Below are positions 38,801-46,259 of a stretch of DNA of 51,925 bases, piece after piece. Under the pieces are notes generated by a model. That model searched no databases and was not told the DNA's origin. It saw only the letters and a list, made by a program, of their open reading frames with translations. A program made the position numbers and the translations under genes. Every line of letters starts with the position of its first letter. Within the stretch, counting starts at the first letter, position 1. The DNA is from an uncultured Bacilli bacterium (GTDB lineage Bacteria > Bacillota_I > Bacilli_A > RF39 > UBA660), in the NCBI GenBank assembly GCA_947628965.1, contig CANRBV010000005.1, positions 1 to 51,925 of the forward strand, given 5' to 3'.

Positions 38801-40900
38801 ATTTTGTTTTACTATTTGTGCATTAATTTCACTAGCTACTAGATTTGGTGAATTTAAAATTCCACCCGTAATGGCTCCATAAATAGCACTCTTTTCTGCA
38901 TTTTTTGTTACTTCTTTTAGATCAATTTCTTCATTAAAAATTTTATATCGCATTAAAGCATCTACATATTCTTGTGAACCTTCTTCTATACCTTCTTTTA
39001 ACATAGAGTGTGCAAATGTTTTTAAACTAGTAACATTAACATCACTTAATCCTGGTATTGCTCCTAAAAATCTTTCTAAAGTTGTTTCTGATACCCCAGA
39101 TAAAACTCCATATGCTACGGCATGTTTCAATTCTTTACCTTCTACCATCGCACTATGATAGCTACTACCTCCAGCACTTATTCCCATACTAATACTACCT
39201 ACCGCTGGTGTACAAAGAATACCTAAGGCCATACTTGGTAACATGTTTCCAATACTTTGGGATATTTCATAATTATTATCGAGTATTCCATCGTATTTTT
39301 CCGTATTTTGTAATGCTTCTAAAATATACATAGATTCATATTCATCTTCACTATAAATTCTCGAATCAATTTCTAAATTATTTTCAATTCCTAAAAGGGA
39401 AGAAGCATATGCCCCTACTCCTTTTATTGCATTTGCAAATCCGCTAAAATGCAACTCTGTTCCATCTCCAACACCTTTTGCTGTTACTTTCACATGATTT
39501 TTTAAAAAACTTGATAACCTTTTCTTGGTTTCTTCATTCGCTTTTTCATCCTCTAAACCATTTAAAAACTTTTGAGCTTTTATATATCCATTTAATTGAT
39601 TGACACTATTTTTAGTGGCAAATAAATATTCCTCTGCTGTATCTTTACCACATTTTTCCCATAAGTAATTATACATTTTTGCAAGTTCAGGATTCGTTTC
39701 CGATGCTTTTAGTAAACTTTCTAGTTCTCCTTTATGCTCTATTGTAATTTGATCTCGATTGAAGCTTTGATTTAATACTCTAAATTCTTCTAAAGGACTC
39801 ACCTTTATTCCATCTTTATTTGCTGTTCGGTAGGAATCTAAACTTAGTGTATCATACGTATAATCTTGATAATCCTTAGTCAAAGGTAATAAGTCATAAA
39901 TCACACATTTTTTTAATTCATTTGTTTTTTCAATAGAAGCTTCTAAAGTTGCTTTATCACTTTTTAAATCATTTAATCTTTTACTAAATTCTTGATATGT
40001 AAGAAATCCTGTTGATTCTTTTACTGAATTTGTTAATTCTTTTTCATTCTTAGCAAGAGTATCATACCATTCCTTTATGGTACTATCTTTTTCTTTACAT
40101 AATTTAAATAACGCATCAAAACTTAATTTTTTTAATTCTTCTTCTGTTATTCCTAATTCTTTTAATTTATCTTCATTAACCCCTAATGTTTTATAATCAC
40201 TAATTGCACCTCTGGCATCAGATTCTACTACTCTTTTTTGATCTTCCAAAAATTCATATTGTCTATTAAAACCTTTTTCAAAAGGTAATAATTTTGCTAA
40301 TTCTTCATCTACTATTTTTAATAATTCATTATATTCATCAATTTCTTTTTGGTACGCTTCTTCATATGTACTAAGTAAACTTTGAAAGTCATCACTTTCA
40401 ATACTTTCTAATAAATTGGCATTATCAGCATAGGCACCTAAATCCATATTAAAATTGTTATTAGCATCATTTAAGTTTTCTGTATCAAAAGTAGCCTTTT
40501 GAATTGTATTTAAGTTTGGAGTTTCTAAAGAAACATGTAGAACTGAAAAAATATCTTCGTCGGTTAATTTTAATTTTTTTAAGGAATTACGATATTGTTC
40601 TACAGAGCCTTTTGTACTTGAATCAAAAATATTTTGTGTTCCAATATTACTTAAATTTTGTTCAATAGCTTCTAAATCATTGGTATATTCACTAATATAT
40701 TCTGAAACGTTTTCAATATTCTTAGCAATCGTTTGATAATTTTTATTAATTTTTTCTAAATATTTGGATACCAATGTACCGCTCGAATTAAATCCATTTG
40801 GAATAAAAGTATTTTTTTTATTTTGATAGTAGGTTTTAAAATTTTTCATTTTATCTACATTTATTTTCATTGCACTCGTATTAGCATAAAATCGTTCCAT
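35822..40900 (-). CDS. Multidomain T7SS effector (helical N-terminus, Gly-rich hydrophobic region, HYD-like ART, HEXXH metallopeptidase, R-S-E ART)
   Basis: GLYHFT..I..SG.IKPS...SYG; SHELGH...EQFAD; VYRG...SSTS...LPKG...QQELLLPRN; lies within the WXG100/essC locus. Confidence 0.8.
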   Translation of the reverse strand: MERFYANTSAMKINVDKMKNFKTYYQNKKNTFIPNGFNSSGTLVSKYLEKINKNYQTIAKNIENVSEYISEYTNDLEAIEQNLSNIGTQNIFDSSTKGSVEQYRNSLKKLKLTDEDIFSVLHVSLETPNLNTIQKATFDTENLNDANNNFNMDLGAYADNANLLESIESDDFQSLLSTYEEAYQKEIDEYNELLKIVDEELAKLLPFEKGFNRQYEFLEDQKRVVESDARGAISDYKTLGVNEDKLKELGITEEELKKLSFDALFKLCKEKDSTIKEWYDTLAKNEKELTNSVKESTGFLTYQEFSKRLNDLKSDKATLEASIEKTNELKKCVIYDLLPLTKDYQDYTYDTLSLDSYRTANKDGIKVSPLEEFRVLNQSFNRDQITIEHKGELESLLKASETNPELAKMYNYLWEKCGKDTAEEYLFATKNSVNQLNGYIKAQKFLNGLEDEKANEETKKRLSSFLKNHVKVTAKGVGDGTELHFSGFANAIKGVGAYASSLLGIENNLEIDSRIYSEDEYESMYILEALQNTEKYDGILDNNYEISQSIGNMLPSMALGILCTPAVGSISMGISAGGSSYHSAMVEGKELKHAVAYGVLSGVSETTLERFLGAIPGLSDVNVTSLKTFAHSMLKEGIEEGSQEYVDALMRYKIFNEEIDLKEVTKNAEKSAIYGAITGGILNSPNLVASEINAQIVKQNVQTQNKITGLKYNNFSLPQSLRLTLESNLKRYVYKNTNNFVGINEKIEKSGLYHFTNAADQILQSGYIKPSGINASYGNPKTFFFSEIPDVGAFATNLDYLPLTATAIKVMPTTDVIESSKLKIRNLDDHAISYDGKFDLTNQNATKEYFILKQQNDELVYESVSKDVYDNYKNTEEGKKIEAYVNNKKNVQSIKDSYLNSLFKNPKNKSLDLQANNTGNIEVLNADNIENITLDSNFNKLPKSAQDYIRNNIDNMDYGSAKVFSDVLLHALNTGDESTKKIVNNINKLENVLKINLYDIQTLGKTLFRDTNYIFDNGTFDIQREIEISNGTFSHELGHALFHLIDGVHVPDEYSDISENIKTKWKNNPKKIESFLQEARDYKERLWQQSIIDVNNYMEYNKETFDAEIEKIMENPTSLRESLEDACKIKKDKPETVNQLIEANDKAKIKEYILSGYKNEWGKNNFFYMCDNDETMQIYDVICGIVDSIYNGDNPYYSTIYDNGFLRTHDKNYFQANPSRSFDEQFADFTRMKFYDMQTALEISKELFGEEWLQMMDIKYSAIADNMEKGIYNYKPEEIEQIYMEMKNADLDSNRDMETTEKLETTEKLKINGFTNIKNKISTLKQKLLYDLKSKNESLDELNRFQKSFNTVVNTIYHRDSSNNVNLLNRQEVANYFHDAKQYLYDIEENMFHGIEGITYEMKLDENNQKVRKNILVGDMDEQLLYNVLEKYLSDEQKQLIKYMNNEQLNLTNIEKQTIYMFTRYFGPALAAYNRNAVTYYDNYRMDGTKLEFIEDYLNECKREYNESHPNHPISDSLSVEQINEILDNLIEQSPGLQDNLLVYRGVNQLYSNGEQIKLKDIRIGTILNDSAHSSTSVLPAHINSTRKILLRIELPKGMKAMYLESFTGVGGYNQQELLLPRNMQYKVKSAPIYNKESRQYIIQVDAIPIETSNVKKETINIEQLDDMNTIKNKNSSVQMSNVKDEEVHSEV
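36974..37009. repeat. 18-bp tandem repeat in the effector linker (ETTEKL x2)
   Basis: TAATTTTTCTGTTGTTTC twice. Confidence 0.85.
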
Positions 40901-40983
40901 CTAAATACATCCTTTCTAAATAGAGGCATGAAAAAATAACCTACTCTACATTAAATAAATTTTAGCATATTTTTAGATTGCTT

Positions 40984-41481
40984 TCAATGACTTAATAGGT
41001 TATCAATCGTTTTTTCTAAGGTGGTAATATTTCGAGTTTTAGTAGCTATTAAATTACTTTTAGCGTTAATTTGGTTCACTACACCTTGATCAAGAATTGT
41101 TCTTTCTTCTTCATATTCTTCTCCATAATCATCTATATAAGAATATATTTCCGTTTTATATTTATGTTTTTCTAGCTCTACAATCTCTGCTTTTAAATTT
41201 TTTATTTCTTTTTCTAAAGTTTGAATTCTAATGATGTGTTCACAAGCGGTTTTTAAAGTGGTTAAGTTTTTTTTCAAAGTAGAAACTGAACCGATTTTAG
41301 AACTCGCCATAATTTCATCTGTTTTTGTTTTAATCACACCAGTAATAGAAGAATATAAAACATCAGAATTTGTTAAATTGGCTTTTATTGTTTCCAGACT
41401 ATAAATTGGTAATTCATTTAAAGCAGACTCAATTGTATTTTTTAAGGATTCTGCTGAAACATTTGAATATTTACTCATCAT
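40984..41481 (-). CDS. Helical/coiled-coil protein, probable effector partner
   Basis: 165 aa, amphipathic helices, immediately upstream of the effector. Confidence 0.65.
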   Translation of the reverse strand: MMSKYSNVSAESLKNTIESALNELPIYSLETIKANLTNSDVLYSSITGVIKTKTDEIMASSKIGSVSTLKKNLTTLKTACEHIIRIQTLEKEIKNLKAEIVELEKHKYKTEIYSYIDDYGEEYEEERTILDQGVVNQINAKSNLIATKTRNITTLEKTIDNLLSH

Positions 41482-41492
41482 ATCAAATTCCT

Positions 41493-41780
41493 CTAAAACT
41501 TCATATAATTGCTTATTCCGTGATCTGTTTTTCGATAATTTTCAACAACAGCATCCAAATATACTTTTACATTATAAAATTTAGTATTCACACTTTCCAT
41601 ATTATTTAAAATCATTTTTACTTGTTCAAAAAAATAGTTTCTTGTTTCAGAATTCCAATTGGCATTATTATAAATAATTTTATAAGATTCTTCCAGGGAA
41701 TCCATGATTGTATTAATTTTTTTAAAAAAAGAATTTAATGCCGTAGCATAATTTTCTAGTTCATTATAATCGCAATACAT
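41493..41780 (-). CDS. WXG100-like protein
   Basis: 95 aa, central W (WNS), C-terminal YRKTD (YxxxD/E). Confidence 0.75.
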   Translation of the reverse strand: MYCDYNELENYATALNSFFKKINTIMDSLEESYKIIYNNANWNSETRNYFFEQVKMILNNMESVNTKFYNVKVYLDAVVENYRKTDHGISNYMKF

Positions 41781-41791
41781 AGTTATCCCTT

Positions 41792-42085
41792 CTATTCTAT
41801 ATTCAGTTCTTTATTTAAATATTGTGTATCTACTATCTCTTCTGTTTTTACATAGCCTTTTACAAATTCATTAAAAGATTCTATTTGCTTTTTAAAATTA
41901 TCTAATTCACTCATAAAGTCATTCATTTTTGTCAAAAAATTAGAATATTCCTTTTTTTTCCAAATATTTCCAATATCTGCTATAGTTTTTTCTATATCAT
42001 TTGTATTGGATTCCAAATCTTCAATATATCCTTCACATTTATTTGTTTCATTTCGAAGTATTTTGGTATTTGCTAGAATTATCAT
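41792..42085 (-). CDS. WXG100-like protein
   Basis: 97 aa, central W (WKK), C-terminal YVKTE (YxxxD/E). Confidence 0.72.
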   Translation of the reverse strand: MIILANTKILRNETNKCEGYIEDLESNTNDIEKTIADIGNIWKKKEYSNFLTKMNDFMSELDNFKKQIESFNEFVKGYVKTEEIVDTQYLNKELNIE

Positions 42086-42095
42086 AGTATCACCC

Positions 42096-42159
42096 TTTTA
42101 TAAATAAGTTTTTAAATTATTTAAAAACTTATTTATAAAAACCACTTTAGTGGTTTTTA
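42096..42159 (-). terminator. Two overlapping hairpins after the tandem WXG100 gene
   Basis: 21-bp perfect inverted repeat (42096-42140) and TAAAAACCACT/AGTGGTTTTTA (42136-42159). Confidence 0.65.
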
Positions 42160-42804
42160 ACGTGCTACATCAGCATTTTGAGCATTTTCTGCTGCTTGTG
42201 AAATATTAGATATACATATTTCTAAATTGCTTAATACAGTTTTCATATTTGTTGTTAAAGTTTCTAATAATTCATCATGAGCACTTGCAGCAGCTTCTCC
42301 ATCCCATAAACCAGTTCCATCATTTACCTGCATAATTTCTCTTTCTAAGTTTCCATATACTTCTGTTAAGCGTTCTTTAATTGACTTTAAGCTTCCGCCA
42401 ATTTCTAAAATTCTTGCATAATCATAAACTACTGCTTCTTGTCTTATTATTTCAGGAACATAATCAGAAATATTAGAATAGCTTAAATTCATAGCTCCCG
42501 CTACGTTAGTATTTCCTCCTAAATTTGAAACTTCTAAGTTTTCAACATTTTTGTTTACAGAATTCATTGCTTCTTGAAAAGATGTACCAAAAGCATTAAT
42601 AAATTGAATTAAAGCCTTATGCGTTGCTGTAAAATCTTCATAGTTTTTTGCAGCGGCAGCTCCTGTCCATACATTTGGTTGAGCTAATGCATCCATTTGT
42701 TGTCCGAACTCTTTTGAACAACTTGAGATATTTTCGTCTAAATATCTTGCAACTTTGTTAGACCATTCATTAATTCTAATAGGGTCATATCTAAATATTG
42801 CCAT
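42157..42804 (-). CDS. Tandem double-WXG100 (EsxA-like) protein
   Basis: Two ~100-aa units, each starting YD and centred on WTGAAA or WDGEAA. Confidence 0.85.
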   Translation of the reverse strand: MAIFRYDPIRINEWSNKVARYLDENISSCSKEFGQQMDALAQPNVWTGAAAAKNYEDFTATHKALIQFINAFGTSFQEAMNSVNKNVENLEVSNLGGNTNVAGAMNLSYSNISDYVPEIIRQEAVVYDYARILEIGGSLKSIKERLTEVYGNLEREIMQVNDGTGLWDGEAAASAHDELLETLTTNMKTVLSNLEICISNISQAAENAQNADVAR

Positions 42805-42846
42805 TTTTTTACCTTCTTTCTATTGTATACATCATATACTATTTAA

Positions 42847-42875
42847 AGCATAACATGAAAGATTAAGAATTTCAA
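42847..42875 (-). promoter_or_regulatory. SigA promoter of the T7SS locus
   Basis: TTGAAA-17 bp-TATGCT with extended TGn. Confidence 0.55.
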
Positions 42876-42919
42876 AAGAATTGTAAACAACTAGACTTTA
42901 CTTTACATTTTATATATAC

Positions 42920-42952
42920 AAAAGAAGAAAAGCTTTTGAGCTTTCTTCTTTT
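42920..42952 (-). terminator. Terminator of the glycan cluster
   Basis: AAAGAAGAAA.GC...GCTTTCTTCTTT inverted repeat. Confidence 0.65.
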
Positions 42953-44903
42953 ATTTCAAAAGTTTATTTTTTATATCTGCAATATATGAGATAAATTTAT
43001 ATCGTTTACTATTTAAAATAGATTCATTTTCCTGTTTTAATAAAATATTTTCATTTGTTGTTTCGTGTATCTCATTTTTTAAATTTTCATTTTCATTAAT
43101 TTTAGAACTTATTTCATTTTTTAAAATTTCTATCTCCTCAATTTTAGAGTTCAAATTATTTATTAGTAAATTATTTTCATTAATTTTTGCATTTAAATCA
43201 TTCGTTAGCATGTCATTTTTAGTGATAATACTTGCATTTTTTTCTTTTAATATATTATTATTTTGAATCAATTTTTCATTGTCAGATTGCAATTCATTAA
43301 TATTTGAAATATAGTGAGAACTATTACATAATTTTGAAACTATTATATAAGAATTATTTTTTATACTTTCAGAAAATTTATTTTCTAATTTTGTAAAAAT
43401 TGTTGAATTAACATTATACTTTTTAAAAAGTGTTTCCATAAATATCTTATCTATATCATAAAATGTGTTATATATGGCACGATAAAGTATATATTCAATC
43501 GGAACATTTTTTTCATACCATTCTTGATCAAATAAAATGTATTCATTATTTTGTACAATAATATTATTTGGAATAATATCTATTATTCCATTTTCATAAA
43601 AATGCATTTTTTCTAATTCCTTTTTTGATATATTCATTTTATACTTATCAAAAATAGTATTAGAAGTATTCTCAATTTTATTTCCACAACTTACTTCTAT
43701 TAGCTTATAAAGTTTATCAAATCTTATATAAATATTTTCAAAATCCTTATTTTTGTAATAATTTATTAAAATATTATTTAAATTTTCTCCCTCTATTTTA
43801 TCTGTGTAAATTCCATATTTATAACTATGTGTTACAGCAATTTTTATTCCTTTGTCTTTTAAATAATTATATATTTCTTTTATTTCGTTTAATTTTCCAA
43901 TAGCTTCTTGATTAAAAATTTCTTTATAAAACTTATTATCTTTTAAATAAGTACAAAAATTGTATTTAATATCTCTATATTCATTATTAAATTTAGCATA
44001 TTTAACAATTTGTTCTTCTTTTCCTTTTGACAACTCAATAAAATAAGAATTAGCAAAAAAATCTACCTTTTTATTAGCATAAATTTCTTTAAATAAATTA
44101 TGTTCATTCATTACCAAATTCATTTTAGTATAATAATAAGGTGGATACTCGGTGTATAAATCTTTTTGTATTGAAAAATCTGTATATACAACTTTAGGAA
44201 ATTTATAATCAGGAAATAAATAATAAAAATTAATGTTTAATTCACATTTTTTGGCTAATTCTTCTAATTCATTTTTGCTAAATGTTTTGACATCATCGTT
44301 TTGAACATACCCATTAATACCATCAAATGGTATATTTGTATGGTCCTCATTGGCTCCACACCAATACTTAAGACCAAATTTATTTTCTATGGCTATTAAT
44401 ATTTTCCCAGATGGTTTTAAATTAAATTTTAACTTTTTTATAAAATCTTCATATGGATTTTCTGAATCCATATAAAGTTTCCCATATTCTAATACTCCGT
44501 TTAGTAGTATGTAATCATATTTTTCATTTAAAACTATATCTTTATAATTTCCAACAATTATTTCCAAATTTTTAGCATTTTTATTTCTTTCTAAAATTGC
44601 AGTTGCGCGTTTTTTAGATAATTCGATACTTGTTACTTTTTTACATTTTCTACATAATTCTTCAGTAATAGCACCCATTCCAGCTCCAACCTCTAGAATT
44701 GTACTATTTTTTTCAAATGGATACCATCTTATCACATTTTTTCGCATGTCAGATAAATGATAAAAAACTGGCCAGGAACTATCTTCTTCAAATGCCTTTT
44801 CATAATTATCAGGATATTTTTTAATATATTCGATTATTTTATCTTCGATATCACCATCACTATAAGAATCACTACCATTATAAAATTTTAAATTTAATTT
44901 CAT
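42951..44903 (-). CDS. Class I SAM methyltransferase with kinase-like middle and coiled-coil tail
   Basis: ILEVGAGMGA, GVLEY, AIENKFGLKYW.G..EDH; DIIPNNII...LFDQEW; N/E/K-rich heptads. Confidence 0.85.
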   Translation of the reverse strand: MKLNLKFYNGSDSYSDGDIEDKIIEYIKKYPDNYEKAFEEDSSWPVFYHLSDMRKNVIRWYPFEKNSTILEVGAGMGAITEELCRKCKKVTSIELSKKRATAILERNKNAKNLEIIVGNYKDIVLNEKYDYILLNGVLEYGKLYMDSENPYEDFIKKLKFNLKPSGKILIAIENKFGLKYWCGANEDHTNIPFDGINGYVQNDDVKTFSKNELEELAKKCELNINFYYLFPDYKFPKVVYTDFSIQKDLYTEYPPYYYTKMNLVMNEHNLFKEIYANKKVDFFANSYFIELSKGKEEQIVKYAKFNNEYRDIKYNFCTYLKDNKFYKEIFNQEAIGKLNEIKEIYNYLKDKGIKIAVTHSYKYGIYTDKIEGENLNNILINYYKNKDFENIYIRFDKLYKLIEVSCGNKIENTSNTIFDKYKMNISKKELEKMHFYENGIIDIIPNNIIVQNNEYILFDQEWYEKNVPIEYILYRAIYNTFYDIDKIFMETLFKKYNVNSTIFTKLENKFSESIKNNSYIIVSKLCNSSHYISNINELQSDNEKLIQNNNILKEKNASIITKNDMLTNDLNAKINENNLLINNLNSKIEEIEILKNEISSKINENENLKNEIHETTNENILLKQENESILNSKRYKFISYIADIKNKLLK

Positions 44904-45058
44904 ATTTAGCTCCTTCTATTTTGTTCTTTTATTAGTTTTAATCATTGTGTCAAAAAATAAACACTTATTTTAATATAAATATGATAACACAATTTATTTT
45001 TTTGAACAAGATAACCAATTACCTAATTAAATATTAAGCAAAAGAAATACCATAACAA

Positions 45059-46231
45059 TTATTTAAGTACCCCCCCCCCAGGCAATATTTTTTCATTATA
45101 AATCTTTTCCTTTTTTCTAGTAAATTTGAAAAAAGATTTCCAATCATAATTATCAATTATCTCAGTCATTAAGTAACCCATAAAAACCGAAGCAAAAAAA
45201 TATATTAAAAAAACACCAGTTGGCCATATAAGCATTACATGTTTTATAAACGGAGCATTACTTGTCCAATTATTTATAATTAATAAATGCCAAATATAGA
45301 TTCCATATTCATATTTTGAAATAAATAGTAAAATTTTACTAAAAATCGAACGTAATTTCCATTTCATAATACTAAATGAATACATCAATAATCCTAAAAC
45401 AACTGCTAAAATACTATACCAAACATAAGCCATTACACAATCACTATAAATGCCAGTATTTTTTAAAAATGGGATTCCATTAAAAGTTATTAGACGTAAA
45501 ACATAATATAAACCAACTAATGAGCATAGAAAAATCATACAATTTAAATATTTATTAATCGGTTTTTTTTCTAAATTTAATTTTGCTATAAACATTCCTA
45601 ATACAAAAAAGTTAAGGGATGTAAATATTTGATTTCCATAATTAAAATATAAAACTACATTAGTATTGTTAGTTGGCGCGAGCAAGTAATGAAAAACAAA
45701 AAACTTTAAAAATATAGACATAACAAATGAACCTATCAAAGTCAATTTAGGTATTTTTTCCAATATTTTAAAAAGAAAAGGAGCCAATAAATAAAATTGG
45801 AATATTAATGCCAAAGTCCAACACACTCCACTTATAGCACCAGAAAGTTTATAAAAAAAATTATGAAAGAAAAAAAGATGCGAAACCAATGTAAGAATAT
45901 GTCCTTTTGTTAAATAAGCAGCATTTGAAGTAAGCAATAGTAAAATTAATAATGAAATGTAATATTGTGGTGCAATTCTTAAAAATCTTTTGGCAATAAA
46001 TTTATGATACACAAATTTTTCTCCACTTAACTTTTGCCTCTTCAAAGAATTATAAATTCCATATCCACTTAAGATTAAAAAGATGGCAACACCTACAATT
46101 CCACCATATATTAAAAAAGTATTTACAATTGGATTCTTGGCATAAAGTCCAGTAATAGCATTTACGTGATAAAACAAAACCATTAAAATTGCAATTGCCC
46201 TTATAATATCCATATTTTTATTTTTTTTCAT
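45059..46231 (-). CDS. Acyltransferase-3 (OafA-like) O-acyltransferase
   Basis: MDIIRAIAILMVLFYH, GVAIFLILSGY, KRFLRIAPQY, WTLALIFQFYLLAP, YGIYIWH. Confidence 0.92.
   Translation of the reverse strand: MKKNKNMDIIRAIAILMVLFYHVNAITGLYAKNPIVNTFLIYGGIVGVAIFLILSGYGIYNSLKRQKLSGEKFVYHKFIAKRFLRIAPQYYISLLILLLLTSNAAYLTKGHILTLVSHLFFFHNFFYKLSGAISGVCWTLALIFQFYLLAPFLFKILEKIPKLTLIGSFVMSIFLKFFVFHYLLAPTNNTNVVLYFNYGNQIFTSLNFFVLGMFIAKLNLEKKPINKYLNCMIFLCSLVGLYYVLRLITFNGIPFLKNTGIYSDCVMAYVWYSILAVVLGLLMYSFSIMKWKLRSIFSKILLFISKYEYGIYIWHLLIINNWTSNAPFIKHVMLIWPTGVFLIYFFASVFMGYLMTEIIDNYDWKSFFKFTRKKEKIYNEKILPGGGVLK
45070..45079. repeat. C10/G10 homopolymer
   Basis: 10 consecutive C on +, within the last codons of the acyltransferase. 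Confidence 0.9.
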
Positions 46232-46259
46232 AATTCACATCCTATTTTATTACTCAAAA

